Of a DNA stretch of 64,000 nt, positions 55,228 through 64,000 are shown in pieces. Source of the DNA: an uncultured Flavobacteriales bacterium (GTDB lineage Bacteria > Bacteroidota > Bacteroidia > Flavobacteriales_D > JABDKJ01); contig CALFHF010000222.1 of assembly GCA_937875855.1 (NCBI GenBank), positions 15,353 to 79,352 on the forward strand. Direction: 5' to 3'. The notes beneath the pieces were generated by a model. The model was not told the DNA's origin, did no database searches, and saw nothing but the letters and a program-made list of their open reading frames with translations. The position numbers and the translations under genes were made by a program. The stretch's first letter is position 1; every line of letters starts with the position of its first letter.

Positions 55228-57726
55228 TTGAAACGTATCCTCTTCATCCTTCTTGTTCTTGCTTCCTGTATGGCCATCGCATTTATGTTTTGGAAAGGCC
55301 CTGAGAAGACTTCTGATCAAAAAAATCTCATGCAGTTTGTGCCTGAGGATGCCTTCATGGTTTTTGAAATTCCAAATGCAGAACTCTTGGATAGGCGTGT
55401 GAATGGCGGGTTAGTGATTTGGGAAGAAATGCAATTATTCCCTGCTATCGCTGGGCTAGATAGTTTGCTTTCACAATTAGGAAGAGCCTTAGGTCCTCAA
55501 GGCATTATCATTTCACGGCATCCTTCGGGAGCTCAGAAAAGCGATTGGCTATTCACACTGGGAACTGAGATTCCAGAGGCATCCTTGCGTTCTTTTTTCA
55601 TACATAGAGGATTCAAGGACGAGGGAAATTCAGCGTATAATGGAGAAGAGTTCTTTCGTTTTTCCAAAGAAGGTCAAGGATATTTCATGAAGGTGAATGA
55701 GCAAGTCATGCACTTCTCTAGCGCTCAATTGCTCCTTGAAAAAGCAAGTCGAATGGAGGGCAAAGGGCTCTTGAAAGATTCAGGATTCAATGCTATTCTT
55801 AAAACGAAAGCGGCCTCTTCGTTGGCCTTCCTCTACATAAATCATGAAGTGATTCCTGATGCTTCTACAGAATTCTTGAAGGCTGATCTGGCCATACAGG
55901 AGAAGGTAGGCGCCTGGTCGCTCTGTGATCTCTCCGTCAAGACAAATGGAGTACAGACTATTGGCTTAATTCAAGTCTCTGATTCTGCAGGTCATTCCTT
56001 GGCTAAGTATGCACCATACCAGGCCGTAGCCTTGGATAATTTTTTGGAATTTCTTCCCGATAACAGCATTGAATATGTGATGAGAGGCCAGAGCCGTCCG
56101 AATGAGCCAGAGCCAAAACCGCTAGATCTGGATCCGAGTAAAGGCTATGTCATCTCGCGCTGTGATGGTGCAAGGGCTTCCTTTCTTCTTTATCCTCTTG
56201 TGGATGGCCCAGCCGCTCTGGATCAGCTGAAAAAGAACTTGTATAAGGATTCTGAGTTCAGAGGATTGGACCTCTTCATTGCGGATCCAGCGCTCTTCGA
56301 CCTAGCGCTTATTGCTGAATCAGGAATGGGAGAAGAGCTGCACATAGCAGTGGTTAAAGACATGGCGATAATCACCATGGACATTGGAGATTTGAAAGAT
56401 ATTCTTGATCGTATTTTGACAGATAGAACCTTAGCCAAGGATTCTCATTTCCAAGATCTACTAGATGATGTGAGCAGTAACAGCGCCTATCATCATTACT
56501 TGAATCTTGCAAGCTGTGAAGGAATATTAGAGCGCTCTTTAGTGGGAGAACTTCCTGTGCAGTTTTTGACAGATCCTGAACAGTTGCAGAAGTTCCAAGC
56601 GCTTATCATTCAATTCGAACCGTCAAGCAAGGGACTCTTTCACATGAATCTTTTCTTGAAATACAATCCAGAACGGAAGAAGGAAACAAGTTCTATCTGG
56701 GAAATGGACTTGGATACGAATCTAGTATGGGGACCTAAATTGGTCAGGAATCACTACACCTCGCTCATGGAAATAGCAGTACAGGATGCTTCTCATCAGC
56801 TCTACTTGATTTCTAATACAGGTAAAGTCCTTTGGAAAAAGGCCTTGGAAGGAGAAATTCGATCTGAAGTCACGCAGGTTGATATTCTCAGGAATGGAAA
56901 ATTGCAAATGCTTTTCAACACGGACAATGAGATTCATTTGCTCGATAGAAACGGAATTACCGTCACGGGCTTTCCCATAAAGTTGGTTGCTAAAGCAAGT
57001 GCTCAAGCGAGTGCAATGGATTATGAGAAAAACAGAAAGTACCGCATACTGATAGGAACCGAGGATGGAAAAATACTCAACTATAATGGGGTAGGAAAAC
57101 GAGTAGAAGGATGGGAATTCGTGCAGCTCAAGGATGATCAAGTGAAGGGAATTCAAGAGCATTTCACCATAGGGAACAAGGATTACATCACCTGTATGAC
57201 GGCTAAAGGGGAAGTGTTTTTCCTAGAACGCAACGGAAAACTGAGACATCGTGCTAGCAGTGTAATTAGCGGCTATGATAGCGGTGAGTATACCATCCAT
57301 AAAGGGAAAAGCATAGGCGATACTCGGATCCGATATGCAAGCAAGGATGGATCGCTCAGAGAACTGAATGTGGGGGGAGGAGACAGAGAAGTAAAGGCAG
57401 GAATTCATGATTTACAGCCTTGGACAGAATCAGCTTGGCTCGCAGTTTCAGGCAAGGAAGTCATGGTCATGGATGATCGCTCTGATGAAATGAAATTCGA
57501 ATCGGATCTTGACTCTATGCGTCTTCAGGCCCTGCCTAAGCACGTTCTTATCTGGGATCCTAACATGAATTCTGCGGTCTTACTTGACCATACACTGAGC
57601 CCTTTACCAGGCTTCCCTATTATGGGAAGAGGTCCCGCAGTACTCAGTGATATCAATGGTGACGGGTCCAGGGACCTCATTCTCATGAACGGTGCTCGTA
57701 CCTTGACCATGTACTCTTTTCAATGA
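55228..57726 (+). CDS. Large hypothetical protein with an N-terminal anchor and a C-terminal beta-propeller/FG-GAP-like region
   Basis: The 832-aa ORF has a TTG start and an N-terminal hydrophobic segment. Repeated strand motifs (GFPIKL, LPGFPI) and a Ca-binding-like DINGDGSRDL lie near the C-terminus. Confidence 0.6.
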   Translation: MKRILFILLVLASCMAIAFMFWKGPEKTSDQKNLMQFVPEDAFMVFEIPNAELLDRRVNGGLVIWEEMQLFPAIAGLDSLLSQLGRALGPQGIIISRHPSGAQKSDWLFTLGTEIPEASLRSFFIHRGFKDEGNSAYNGEEFFRFSKEGQGYFMKVNEQVMHFSSAQLLLEKASRMEGKGLLKDSGFNAILKTKAASSLAFLYINHEVIPDASTEFLKADLAIQEKVGAWSLCDLSVKTNGVQTIGLIQVSDSAGHSLAKYAPYQAVALDNFLEFLPDNSIEYVMRGQSRPNEPEPKPLDLDPSKGYVISRCDGARASFLLYPLVDGPAALDQLKKNLYKDSEFRGLDLFIADPALFDLALIAESGMGEELHIAVVKDMAIITMDIGDLKDILDRILTDRTLAKDSHFQDLLDDVSSNSAYHHYLNLASCEGILERSLVGELPVQFLTDPEQLQKFQALIIQFEPSSKGLFHMNLFLKYNPERKKETSSIWEMDLDTNLVWGPKLVRNHYTSLMEIAVQDASHQLYLISNTGKVLWKKALEGEIRSEVTQVDILRNGKLQMLFNTDNEIHLLDRNGITVTGFPIKLVAKASAQASAMDYEKNRKYRILIGTEDGKILNYNGVGKRVEGWEFVQLKDDQVKGIQEHFTIGNKDYITCMTAKGEVFFLERNGKLRHRASSVISGYDSGEYTIHKGKSIGDTRIRYASKDGSLRELNVGGGDREVKAGIHDLQPWTESAWLAVSGKEVMVMDDRSDEMKFESDLDSMRLQALPKHVLIWDPNMNSAVLLDHTLSPLPGFPIMGRGPAVLSDINGDGSRDLILMNGARTLTMYSFQ

Positions 57727-57809
57727 CCACGGAGCCATTTAGGCTGCCGTTCATGTAGAGGTAGGAAACATTTATTACGCAAAACGTTTCCTTTGGGCCG
57801 AAAGCTTCC

Positions 57810-57817
57810 TACTTTTG
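57810..57817 (+). promoter_or_regulatory. Candidate -7 promoter box (TACTTTTG) for the efflux operon
   Basis: The sequence matches TAnnTTTG and ends 8 nt before the ATG at 57826. It lies inside the longer TTG-initiated track ORF, which argues for the shorter gene. Confidence 0.4.
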
Positions 57818-57825
57818 CGGCCCGA

Positions 57826-58449
57826 ATGAAAGAAAAAGAGAAAATATTCATTGGACAAGCCCTTCAGGCTTTTCTGAAATATGGCATTAAATCGATGACC
57901 ATGGATGACCTAGCCCGTCACTTGGGCATGTCCAAGAAAACCATATATAATTATGTGAAGGACAAGAACGAGTTAGTGGAAAGAAGTCTGGCTATGCAAT
58001 TCAATACGGAGGAATGTGCCGTCTCTGTTATCTGCGCTAAGAACTTGAATGCTATCGATGAGATGTTCGAGATAGGACTCTTTATCTCAGGCATGCTGAA
58101 TGAGATGCATCCTTCCATCCATTATGACTTAGAGAAATATCACGCTGAAGCGTTCCATAAGGCTAAGAAGTCTCATGAAGAGCATATCTATAAATGCACA
58201 GTAGAGAACTTGAAAAAAGGAATGTCAGAAGGATTGTACAGAGAGGATCTTAATGCCGAGGTTATTGCCAAGATTTATATGACCAAAATTGATGTCGTCT
58301 TCAATGCTGAGCTTTTTCCGCCTACGGAAATCAGCTTCAATGAAGTCTATTCTACCATGTTCCGCTACCACATTCTAGGAGTCGCCAGCATGAAAGGTGC
58401 TACCTATCTTAAAAAGAAGTTGAAGAGTTCTAACACCATAACCTTATGA
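57826..58449 (+). CDS. TetR/AcrR-family transcriptional regulator
   Basis: The N-terminal HTH is MTMDDLARHLGMSKKTIYNYV. The gene comes first in the operon with the efflux components. Confidence 0.85.
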   Translation: MKEKEKIFIGQALQAFLKYGIKSMTMDDLARHLGMSKKTIYNYVKDKNELVERSLAMQFNTEECAVSVICAKNLNAIDEMFEIGLFISGMLNEMHPSIHYDLEKYHAEAFHKAKKSHEEHIYKCTVENLKKGMSEGLYREDLNAEVIAKIYMTKIDVVFNAELFPPTEISFNEVYSTMFRYHILGVASMKGATYLKKKLKSSNTITL

Positions 58450-59825
58450 GAAAGATCAGTCTGATCATCGCCCTTTTCTCAGCCCAAGTTTTCAGTGCCC
58501 AACCTATGAGTTTGAGCCTTGCCGAAGCGAAAGAAAAGGCTTTGATCATGAATAGAGATGCGCAGTTGTCAGCGCTTGCACTAGAGAAAGCAGAACGTGT
58601 AGTAAAGGAGACATTAGCCATAGGATTGCCTCAAGTGAATGCTTCCGCGAGTTTTCAAAATTTCTTGAATGTACCCACCACTGTTCTGCCTGACTTCATC
58701 AGCCCTGCGGTGTATAGTGTCTTAATCGCAGAAGACTTAGTTCCTGATGGAAGTGGAGGAACTCCAGGATTCATCCCAGCGCAATTCGGAACAAATTACA
58801 CGGCTTCGGCCGGTGCATCACTCTCCCAATTGCTCTTCAACGGTTCTTATCTAATAGGTCTACAAGCTGCTAAAAGCTACGTGGAATTCAGCAAGATTCA
58901 GAAAGTCAGAAAAGATTTGGATGTGAAAGAGTCTGTGGCTCAAGCCTATTACACCGCCTTGCTTTCAGCTCAGAATACCAGCGTGCTCAGAGAAAGTGCC
59001 ATCACCTTGGACGCTATGCTCAAGGACATGGATGCCATGTATGCCGAGGGATTCATAGAGGAGCAAGATGTGATGCAAATGCGCCTCACGTTGAACACTT
59101 TGAAAAGTCAAATCCAGAACTCAGAGCGTCAAGAATCATTGACCAAGCAATTGCTCAATTTCCAAATCGGGCTTCCATTAGAACAAGAATTGACCTTGAC
59201 TGACAACCTTGCGTCTTTGACTACTGACCCTTCTACAAATGCACTCCTAGCCACTGCAGATCCTGACCTGAGCTTACACCCAGACATGCAATTATCTGAT
59301 GCGAATGTGATGCTTCAAAACCTTCGTTTGAAAGAACAGAAAAGTCATTATTGGCCAAGTTTGAATGGTTTTTTCAACTATCAGAAACAAGCACAGCGTA
59401 ACGAGTTTAATTTCTTCGAAACCGATCAAGAGTGGTTCCCAAGCACAGTATGGGGGTTGAATTTCTCTTTGCCAATCTTCTCTAGCGGCATGAAACATCA
59501 TCAGGTAGTGCAGAAGGAAATAGGAGTGAAAGAAGCTGTGCTCATGCGCGAGCAGGCCGAGTCAGGACTTGAGCTTTCTGCAGAGCGGGCTAGGTCTGAT
59601 TACATGTTCGCCATTCAACACTACGAAACCGAAACTGAGAATATGAGCCTTGCTCAAACGATCAGAGATCGAACACGAATTAAATATCAAGAAGGAGTCA
59701 ACAGCAGTTTCGAGCTCAACGAAATGGAGAATCAATTCATTCAAGCGCAAGGAAGAAAAATCCAAGCTTCTCTGAATCTGCTCAACGCCCTTACCGCATT
59801 CCAAAAAGCCTATAACACCCTTTAA
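58446..59825 (+). CDS. TolC-family outer-membrane efflux protein
   Basis: A signal peptide is followed by two OEP-type coiled-coil/beta repeats. The start overlaps the TetR stop. Confidence 0.85.
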   Translation: MRKISLIIALFSAQVFSAQPMSLSLAEAKEKALIMNRDAQLSALALEKAERVVKETLAIGLPQVNASASFQNFLNVPTTVLPDFISPAVYSVLIAEDLVPDGSGGTPGFIPAQFGTNYTASAGASLSQLLFNGSYLIGLQAAKSYVEFSKIQKVRKDLDVKESVAQAYYTALLSAQNTSVLRESAITLDAMLKDMDAMYAEGFIEEQDVMQMRLTLNTLKSQIQNSERQESLTKQLLNFQIGLPLEQELTLTDNLASLTTDPSTNALLATADPDLSLHPDMQLSDANVMLQNLRLKEQKSHYWPSLNGFFNYQKQAQRNEFNFFETDQEWFPSTVWGLNFSLPIFSSGMKHHQVVQKEIGVKEAVLMREQAESGLELSAERARSDYMFAIQHYETETENMSLAQTIRDRTRIKYQEGVNSSFELNEMENQFIQAQGRKIQASLNLLNALTAFQKAYNTL

Positions 59826-59834
59826 GACCCTAGT

Positions 59835-60968
59835 ATGAGAATCCATATATCTATCCTTACGATCCTCGTTATTTTTCTTGCCTCTTGCCAAGCGCCAGAG
59901 ACGGAACTTGATAAACTTATAAGCGAGCGAGATTCACTCAGAGGCCTTGTCGATGAGCACAATGATCGCATCACTCAGATAAACAAGCAAGTGGCTGAGA
60001 GCGATGAGAACTTTGAAAGCAGCTTGACGCTGGTAGCCACGCTAACTACAACAACACAGCCTTTCGAGCATTATTTTGAAATCTACGGAGAAGTAAAGAC
60101 CGACAAAAATGTGTTGCTGTATCCTGAAACTATGGGTCTAGTCACAAAGATTCTCGTGAGTGAAGGACAGAAGGTGAGCCAAGGACAAGTGATAGCGCAG
60201 CTTGATAATAAGATTGTCCAAGATCAAATCAGAGAAGTTCAGACTTTGTATGAAATGGCAAATACAGCCTATGAAAAGCAGTCCCGCCTTTGGGAACAGA
60301 AGATAGGTTCTGAGATGCAATACCTGCAAGCGAAAACGCAAAAAGAAAGTCTAGAATCCTCTATTTCCACACTAAACAGTCAGCTAGGAAAAGCTCAAGT
60401 GCGCGCTCCATTTAGTGGAGTAGTGGATGCGATTTTTCCTAAGCAGGGCGAAATGGGAAACCCCCAAATGCCTATTGCTCGTGTCGTGAATACAGAGAAG
60501 ATGTACATCAAGAGCGATGTCTCTGAGCAGCACCTTCAAGCGGTGAGGCAGGGATCTCCTGTTCAAGTGGAACTTCCTGGACTGAATAAAACCTTAGAAA
60601 GCACCATCTCTGAAGTGTCTAAATACATCAACCCGGAGAATAGATCTTTCAAGATTCGAGTGGATTTGCCTGTTGGCGATACCGATCTACGCCCGAACCA
60701 AATGGCACACATGAAGATTAACGATTATGGAGATGAGGCAGCCATTGTACTTCCTAGCTCGGTGATCATGCAGACCCCATCAGGAAAGGATTTCGTCTTC
60801 GTTTTGGATGAGAAAGAAGGAAAGACGTTTGCCAAGAGAGTGCTGGTAAAAACAGGATTCGAATACGAAGGAAAGACAGAGATATTGGAAGGATTAGAGA
60901 AGGACACACAGGTGATCAGCGAAGGCGCGAAGAGCGTTAGAGATGGCCAACGTGTGAGAACTTCTTGA
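59835..60968 (+). CDS. Efflux RND periplasmic adaptor (membrane fusion protein)
   Basis: A lipobox (LASC) is followed by a coiled-coil hairpin, a lipoyl-like motif (VSEGQKVSQGQVIAQLD) and a beta-barrel domain. Confidence 0.88.
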   Translation: MRIHISILTILVIFLASCQAPETELDKLISERDSLRGLVDEHNDRITQINKQVAESDENFESSLTLVATLTTTTQPFEHYFEIYGEVKTDKNVLLYPETMGLVTKILVSEGQKVSQGQVIAQLDNKIVQDQIREVQTLYEMANTAYEKQSRLWEQKIGSEMQYLQAKTQKESLESSISTLNSQLGKAQVRAPFSGVVDAIFPKQGEMGNPQMPIARVVNTEKMYIKSDVSEQHLQAVRQGSPVQVELPGLNKTLESTISEVSKYINPENRSFKIRVDLPVGDTDLRPNQMAHMKINDYGDEAAIVLPSSVIMQTPSGKDFVFVLDEKEGKTFAKRVLVKTGFEYEGKTEILEGLEKDTQVISEGAKSVRDGQRVRTS

Positions 60969-60990
60969 ACCCCATTAAAAGCAAGACGTT

Positions 60991-63900
60991 ATGAGTAACA
61001 AGACTACGAAGACCTTTGGTCTAACCAATGCTTCTGTTAGCAACCGGATTACCGTGATGCTGGTCACCTTCATCATAGTTTTGGCGGGTGTGATTTCCTA
61101 TAATTCTATGCCTAAGGAGGCCTTTCCTGAGATTGTGATGCCTGAGATTTATGTCAGCACACCCTATCCTGGAAACTCTCCATCTGACATTGAAAAGCTC
61201 ATCACACGTCCATTGGAAAAGGAGCTTAAGTCCATCACAGGAGTAGATGAGATTACCTCAACTTCAGTTCAGGGATTCTCCTCTGTGCGTATTCTTTTTG
61301 ATTTCTCGGTGCCTGTAGATGTGGCCTTGAGGAAAGTCAAAGACAAGGTAGACATCACCAAGGCCGACCCTGATTTCCCTAAGGACCTTCCTGCTGACCC
61401 TAACATCTTTGAGATGAATTTCTCTGAGATGGTTCCCATCATGAATATCAACCTTTCTGGTGAGTTCTCCATGGAACAATTGAAGGAGTACGCTGAGTAT
61501 TTGGAAGATAAAATAGAGGATGTCCCTGAGATCAATAAAGTGGACATACGCGGTATGATGGACAAGGAAGTGCGCATCCATGTCGATATGCCTAAGATGG
61601 AAGCCGTGAAGCTGGGCTTCCATGATATTGCCCAAGCCATTCAGCAAGAAAATGTGACCATCTCAGGAGGTGAATTATTGGTAGATGATTTCAGAAGAAC
61701 GGTGAGTGTGAAAGGTGAATTCCAAAGCATCTCTGACATAGAAGACGTCATTGTAAAGCAGGAGAATAACAACATTGTTTATCTGCGAGACATAGCTACA
61801 GTGACCTTTGAAGAAGAGGAAAAACAGAGCTATGCCCGTGAATACGGTCAGCCTGTGGTCATGCTTGATGTGATTAAGCGCGGAGGAACGAACTTGCTTC
61901 AAGCCTCAGCTACCATTCAAGAAATTATCGCTGAAGCCCAAGAGCATTATTTGCCTGATAACCTAGAGATTTCCATCACTGGTGATCAGTCTGATCAGAC
62001 ACAGACTCAGCTTGATGAATTAGTGAACTCCATCATCTTCGGGGTGATCCTGGTGGTCTTGGTCTTGCTCTTTTTCCTTGGATTACGTAATGCCTTGTTC
62101 GTGGGAGTGGCCATACCACTGTCCATGTTGCTTTCCTTCTTCATCCTGAATGTGATGGGCGTGACCCTGAATACCATGGTGCTGTTCTCCCTAGTGCTTG
62201 CACTGGGAATGCTCGTGGATAATGGAATCGTGGTGGTAGAGAATATCTACCGACTCATGGATGAAGGAAAGAAGCCCATAGATGCGGCTAAAGAAGGAGT
62301 GGGTGAGGTCGCATGGCCTATTATCGCTTCTACTGCAACTACGCTGGCAGCATTTATTCCGCTCGCTATATGGCCGGGAATCATGGGAGAGTTTATGAAG
62401 TATCTTCCTATCACCTTGATTATTGTATTGAGTTCATCCCTCTTCGTGGCCTTGGTTATCAATCCTGTATTGACTGCCATGTACATGAAGTTGAAGGAGA
62501 ATGAATTTGAGATGAGCCGTAAAGCGAGGATTAGGATTATTGTCCTATTTATCGTTTCTATTTTGCTCTCGGCTATGGCCTTGGATGGGGGAGGATTCAT
62601 GACATTCTTATCCTTCATTCCATTCTTGCTTGCCATGTTCATTGTCTTGTCAAGATTCCTTTTCGTGACTGGAAATGTGGGTTTTGCGCAATTATGGAGA
62701 CCTAGTTTGATTCTCTTAGTTTCCTTGATTTTATTCTATCTGATGGGAGATATTCTGAAAGGAAACCTGACCCTAATTATTCTGGTCTTTTTATATGTCT
62801 ATCGCTTTGCATTGGCCCCCGCCTCTGATTATTTCCAGAATGTCATCATGGCTAAGCTGGAGAATTTCTACGAGAGATTCCTGAGAAATATCCTTGCCGG
62901 AAGAAAGCCTGTGAGATTGGTCATTGGGATGTTCGGATTGCTGATTTTCTCTTTCGCAGTGGTAGGAGTCTTCGCGCCACAGGTGCTTTTCTTTCCTGAG
63001 AATGAACCACAGTACTTGAATGTTTACATAGAAACACCCATTGGAACAGATATAGAGAAGACCAATGACCTAACCAAGCACGTGGAGGAATTGGTCTTGA
63101 AAGATCTAGAGCAGCCTGCTTCTATAGATGGTGAGCCACTTGTCTATAAGGGCAAGGAAATCAAGAAATCTGACATCGTGAGTTCTGTTATTGCGCAAGT
63201 GGGATCAGGTACTAGCGATCCAGCTCAAGGCCCTTCCTTCGGGGATACTCCTCATAAAGGAAGGATTCAGATTAGCTTCTTGAAATTTGCTGATCGCATG
63301 GGCATAGGTACCAATGACGTCCTAGAGGAAATGCGAAAGTCTATTGAAGATATTCCGGGTGTGCGCATTACCGTGACCAAGAATGCTGATGGGCCACCTC
63401 AAGGTGCTGCCGTGAACATAGAATTAGCAGGAGAAGATTATGAGCAGCTTTTAGCCGAGGGAGATGCATTACGCCAATACATTAACGATGCATTTATCCC
63501 CGGAATAGAGGAATTAAAGCTCGATGTAGAAACCGGAAAGCCTGAACTGCCTATCGTAATAGACAGAGATAAAGCGCGAAGGCTTAATGTGTCCACTTCT
63601 CAGATAGGAGACGCTATGCGCACTGCCCTCTTCGGAAAGGAGATTTCTAGCTATAAGGAAGGAGAAGATGATTATCCCATCATGCTCCGTTTCTCTAGGG
63701 ACTATGCCTATGATGCTGATGCCTTGATGGATCAGCGCATCACCTTCCGTAATCAAAGCAATGGTAAAATCGTGCAGATTCCTTTATCAGCAGTGGCGCA
63801 TAAGGAGAAGAGCAGCACCTTCTCAGCCGTGAAGCGTATTGATCTGGATCGTGTAGTGACGCTGTATTCCAATGTCACCACAGAATATAACCCAACGGAA

Positions 63901-64000
63901 GTCGTGGGCAAGATCAAGGAAATTCTCGTGGGCTATGAAATGCCTGAAGGAGTGACCTATAAATTCACAGGTCAGCAAGAAGAGCAAGCGAAGGAAATGG
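60991..64000 (+). CDS. Efflux RND permease (AcrB/HAE1-like), 3'-truncated by the window edge
   Basis: The ATG is at 60991 and I read the frame as open to the window end by manual translation; only the span 60991 to about 63060 was translated codon by codon, and openness beyond that is inferred from the absence of a called stop. The ORF track omits it because it has no stop. The N-terminus reads FGLTNASVSNRITVMLVTFIIVLAG..PKEAFPEI, with a VDNGIVVVENI motif. Confidence 0.9.
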   Translation, partial: MSNKTTKTFGLTNASVSNRITVMLVTFIIVLAGVISYNSMPKEAFPEIVMPEIYVSTPYPGNSPSDIEKLITRPLEKELKSITGVDEITSTSVQGFSSVRILFDFSVPVDVALRKVKDKVDITKADPDFPKDLPADPNIFEMNFSEMVPIMNINLSGEFSMEQLKEYAEYLEDKIEDVPEINKVDIRGMMDKEVRIHVDMPKMEAVKLGFHDIAQAIQQENVTISGGELLVDDFRRTVSVKGEFQSISDIEDVIVKQENNNIVYLRDIATVTFEEEEKQSYAREYGQPVVMLDVIKRGGTNLLQASATIQEIIAEAQEHYLPDNLEISITGDQSDQTQTQLDELVNSIIFGVILVVLVLLFFLGLRNALFVGVAIPLSMLLSFFILNVMGVTLNTMVLFSLVLALGMLVDNGIVVVENIYRLMDEGKKPIDAAKEGVGEVAWPIIASTATTLAAFIPLAIWPGIMGEFMKYLPITLIIVLSSSLFVALVINPVLTAMYMKLKENEFEMSRKARIRIIVLFIVSILLSAMALDGGGFMTFLSFIPFLLAMFIVLSRFLFVTGNVGFAQLWRPSLILLVSLILFYLMGDILKGNLTLIILVFLYVYRFALAPASDYFQNVIMAKLENFYERFLRNILAGRKPVRLVIGMFGLLIFSFAVVGVFAPQVLFFPENEPQYLNVYIETPIGTDIEKTNDLTKHVEELVLKDLEQPASIDGEPLVYKGKEIKKSDIVSSVIAQVGSGTSDPAQGPSFGDTPHKGRIQISFLKFADRMGIGTNDVLEEMRKSIEDIPGVRITVTKNADGPPQGAAVNIELAGEDYEQLLAEGDALRQYINDAFIPGIEELKLDVETGKPELPIVIDRDKARRLNVSTSQIGDAMRTALFGKEISSYKEGEDDYPIMLRFSRDYAYDADALMDQRITFRNQSNGKIVQIPLSAVAHKEKSSTFSAVKRIDLDRVVTLYSNVTTEYNPTEVVGKIKEILVGYEMPEGVTYKFTGQQEEQAKEM

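Noticed and set aside
61264-61647. Two overlapping minus-strand ORFs (127 and 123 aa), plus others at 61675-61902 and 62247-62642.
   Set aside because: They are antisense to the RND permease reading frame, which has clear AcrB-family motifs and I read as open from 60991 to the window edge.

Overview
This 64 kb window looks like a chromosomal segment from a Bacteroidota genome, probably Flavobacteriia-like. The lineage call rests on T9SS type A and type B C-terminal sorting domains, PorP/SprF genes, SprB-type repeats, a GldE-like gene and TAnnTTTG promoter boxes. No database search was possible, so it is an inference. Most of the window is densely packed housekeeping genes. These include radA, dusB, polA, obg, an in-frame hpt-adk ORF, kynU, crcB, coaX, efp, lpxD and rnhB. 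There is also an lptC/ppiD envelope cluster, a Wzx/Wzz-like/O-antigen-ligase trio, and a TetR-TolC-MFP-RND efflux operon that runs off the 3' edge. The one clearly accessory block is 14.6-28.4 kb. On the minus strand it holds two tandem pairs of a type B cargo followed by a PorP/SprF gene. One cargo is a 2749-aa SprB-repeat protein with nested repeat periodicity. The block also contains tRNA-Arg(CCT) and a 771-aa type A cargo. The structure least explained by ordinary annotation is the tRNA-Phe locus at 47.1-47.8 kb. The intact tRNA is preceded by two exactly phased 134-bp units that begin with the tRNA 5' end. It is followed by an internally deleted tRNA copy bracketed by a 28-nt direct repeat. 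I found no CRISPR array, transposase, integrase or recognisable defence system. Start codons are often ambiguous because TTG and GTG starts seem common. All family assignments come from motifs read by eye.
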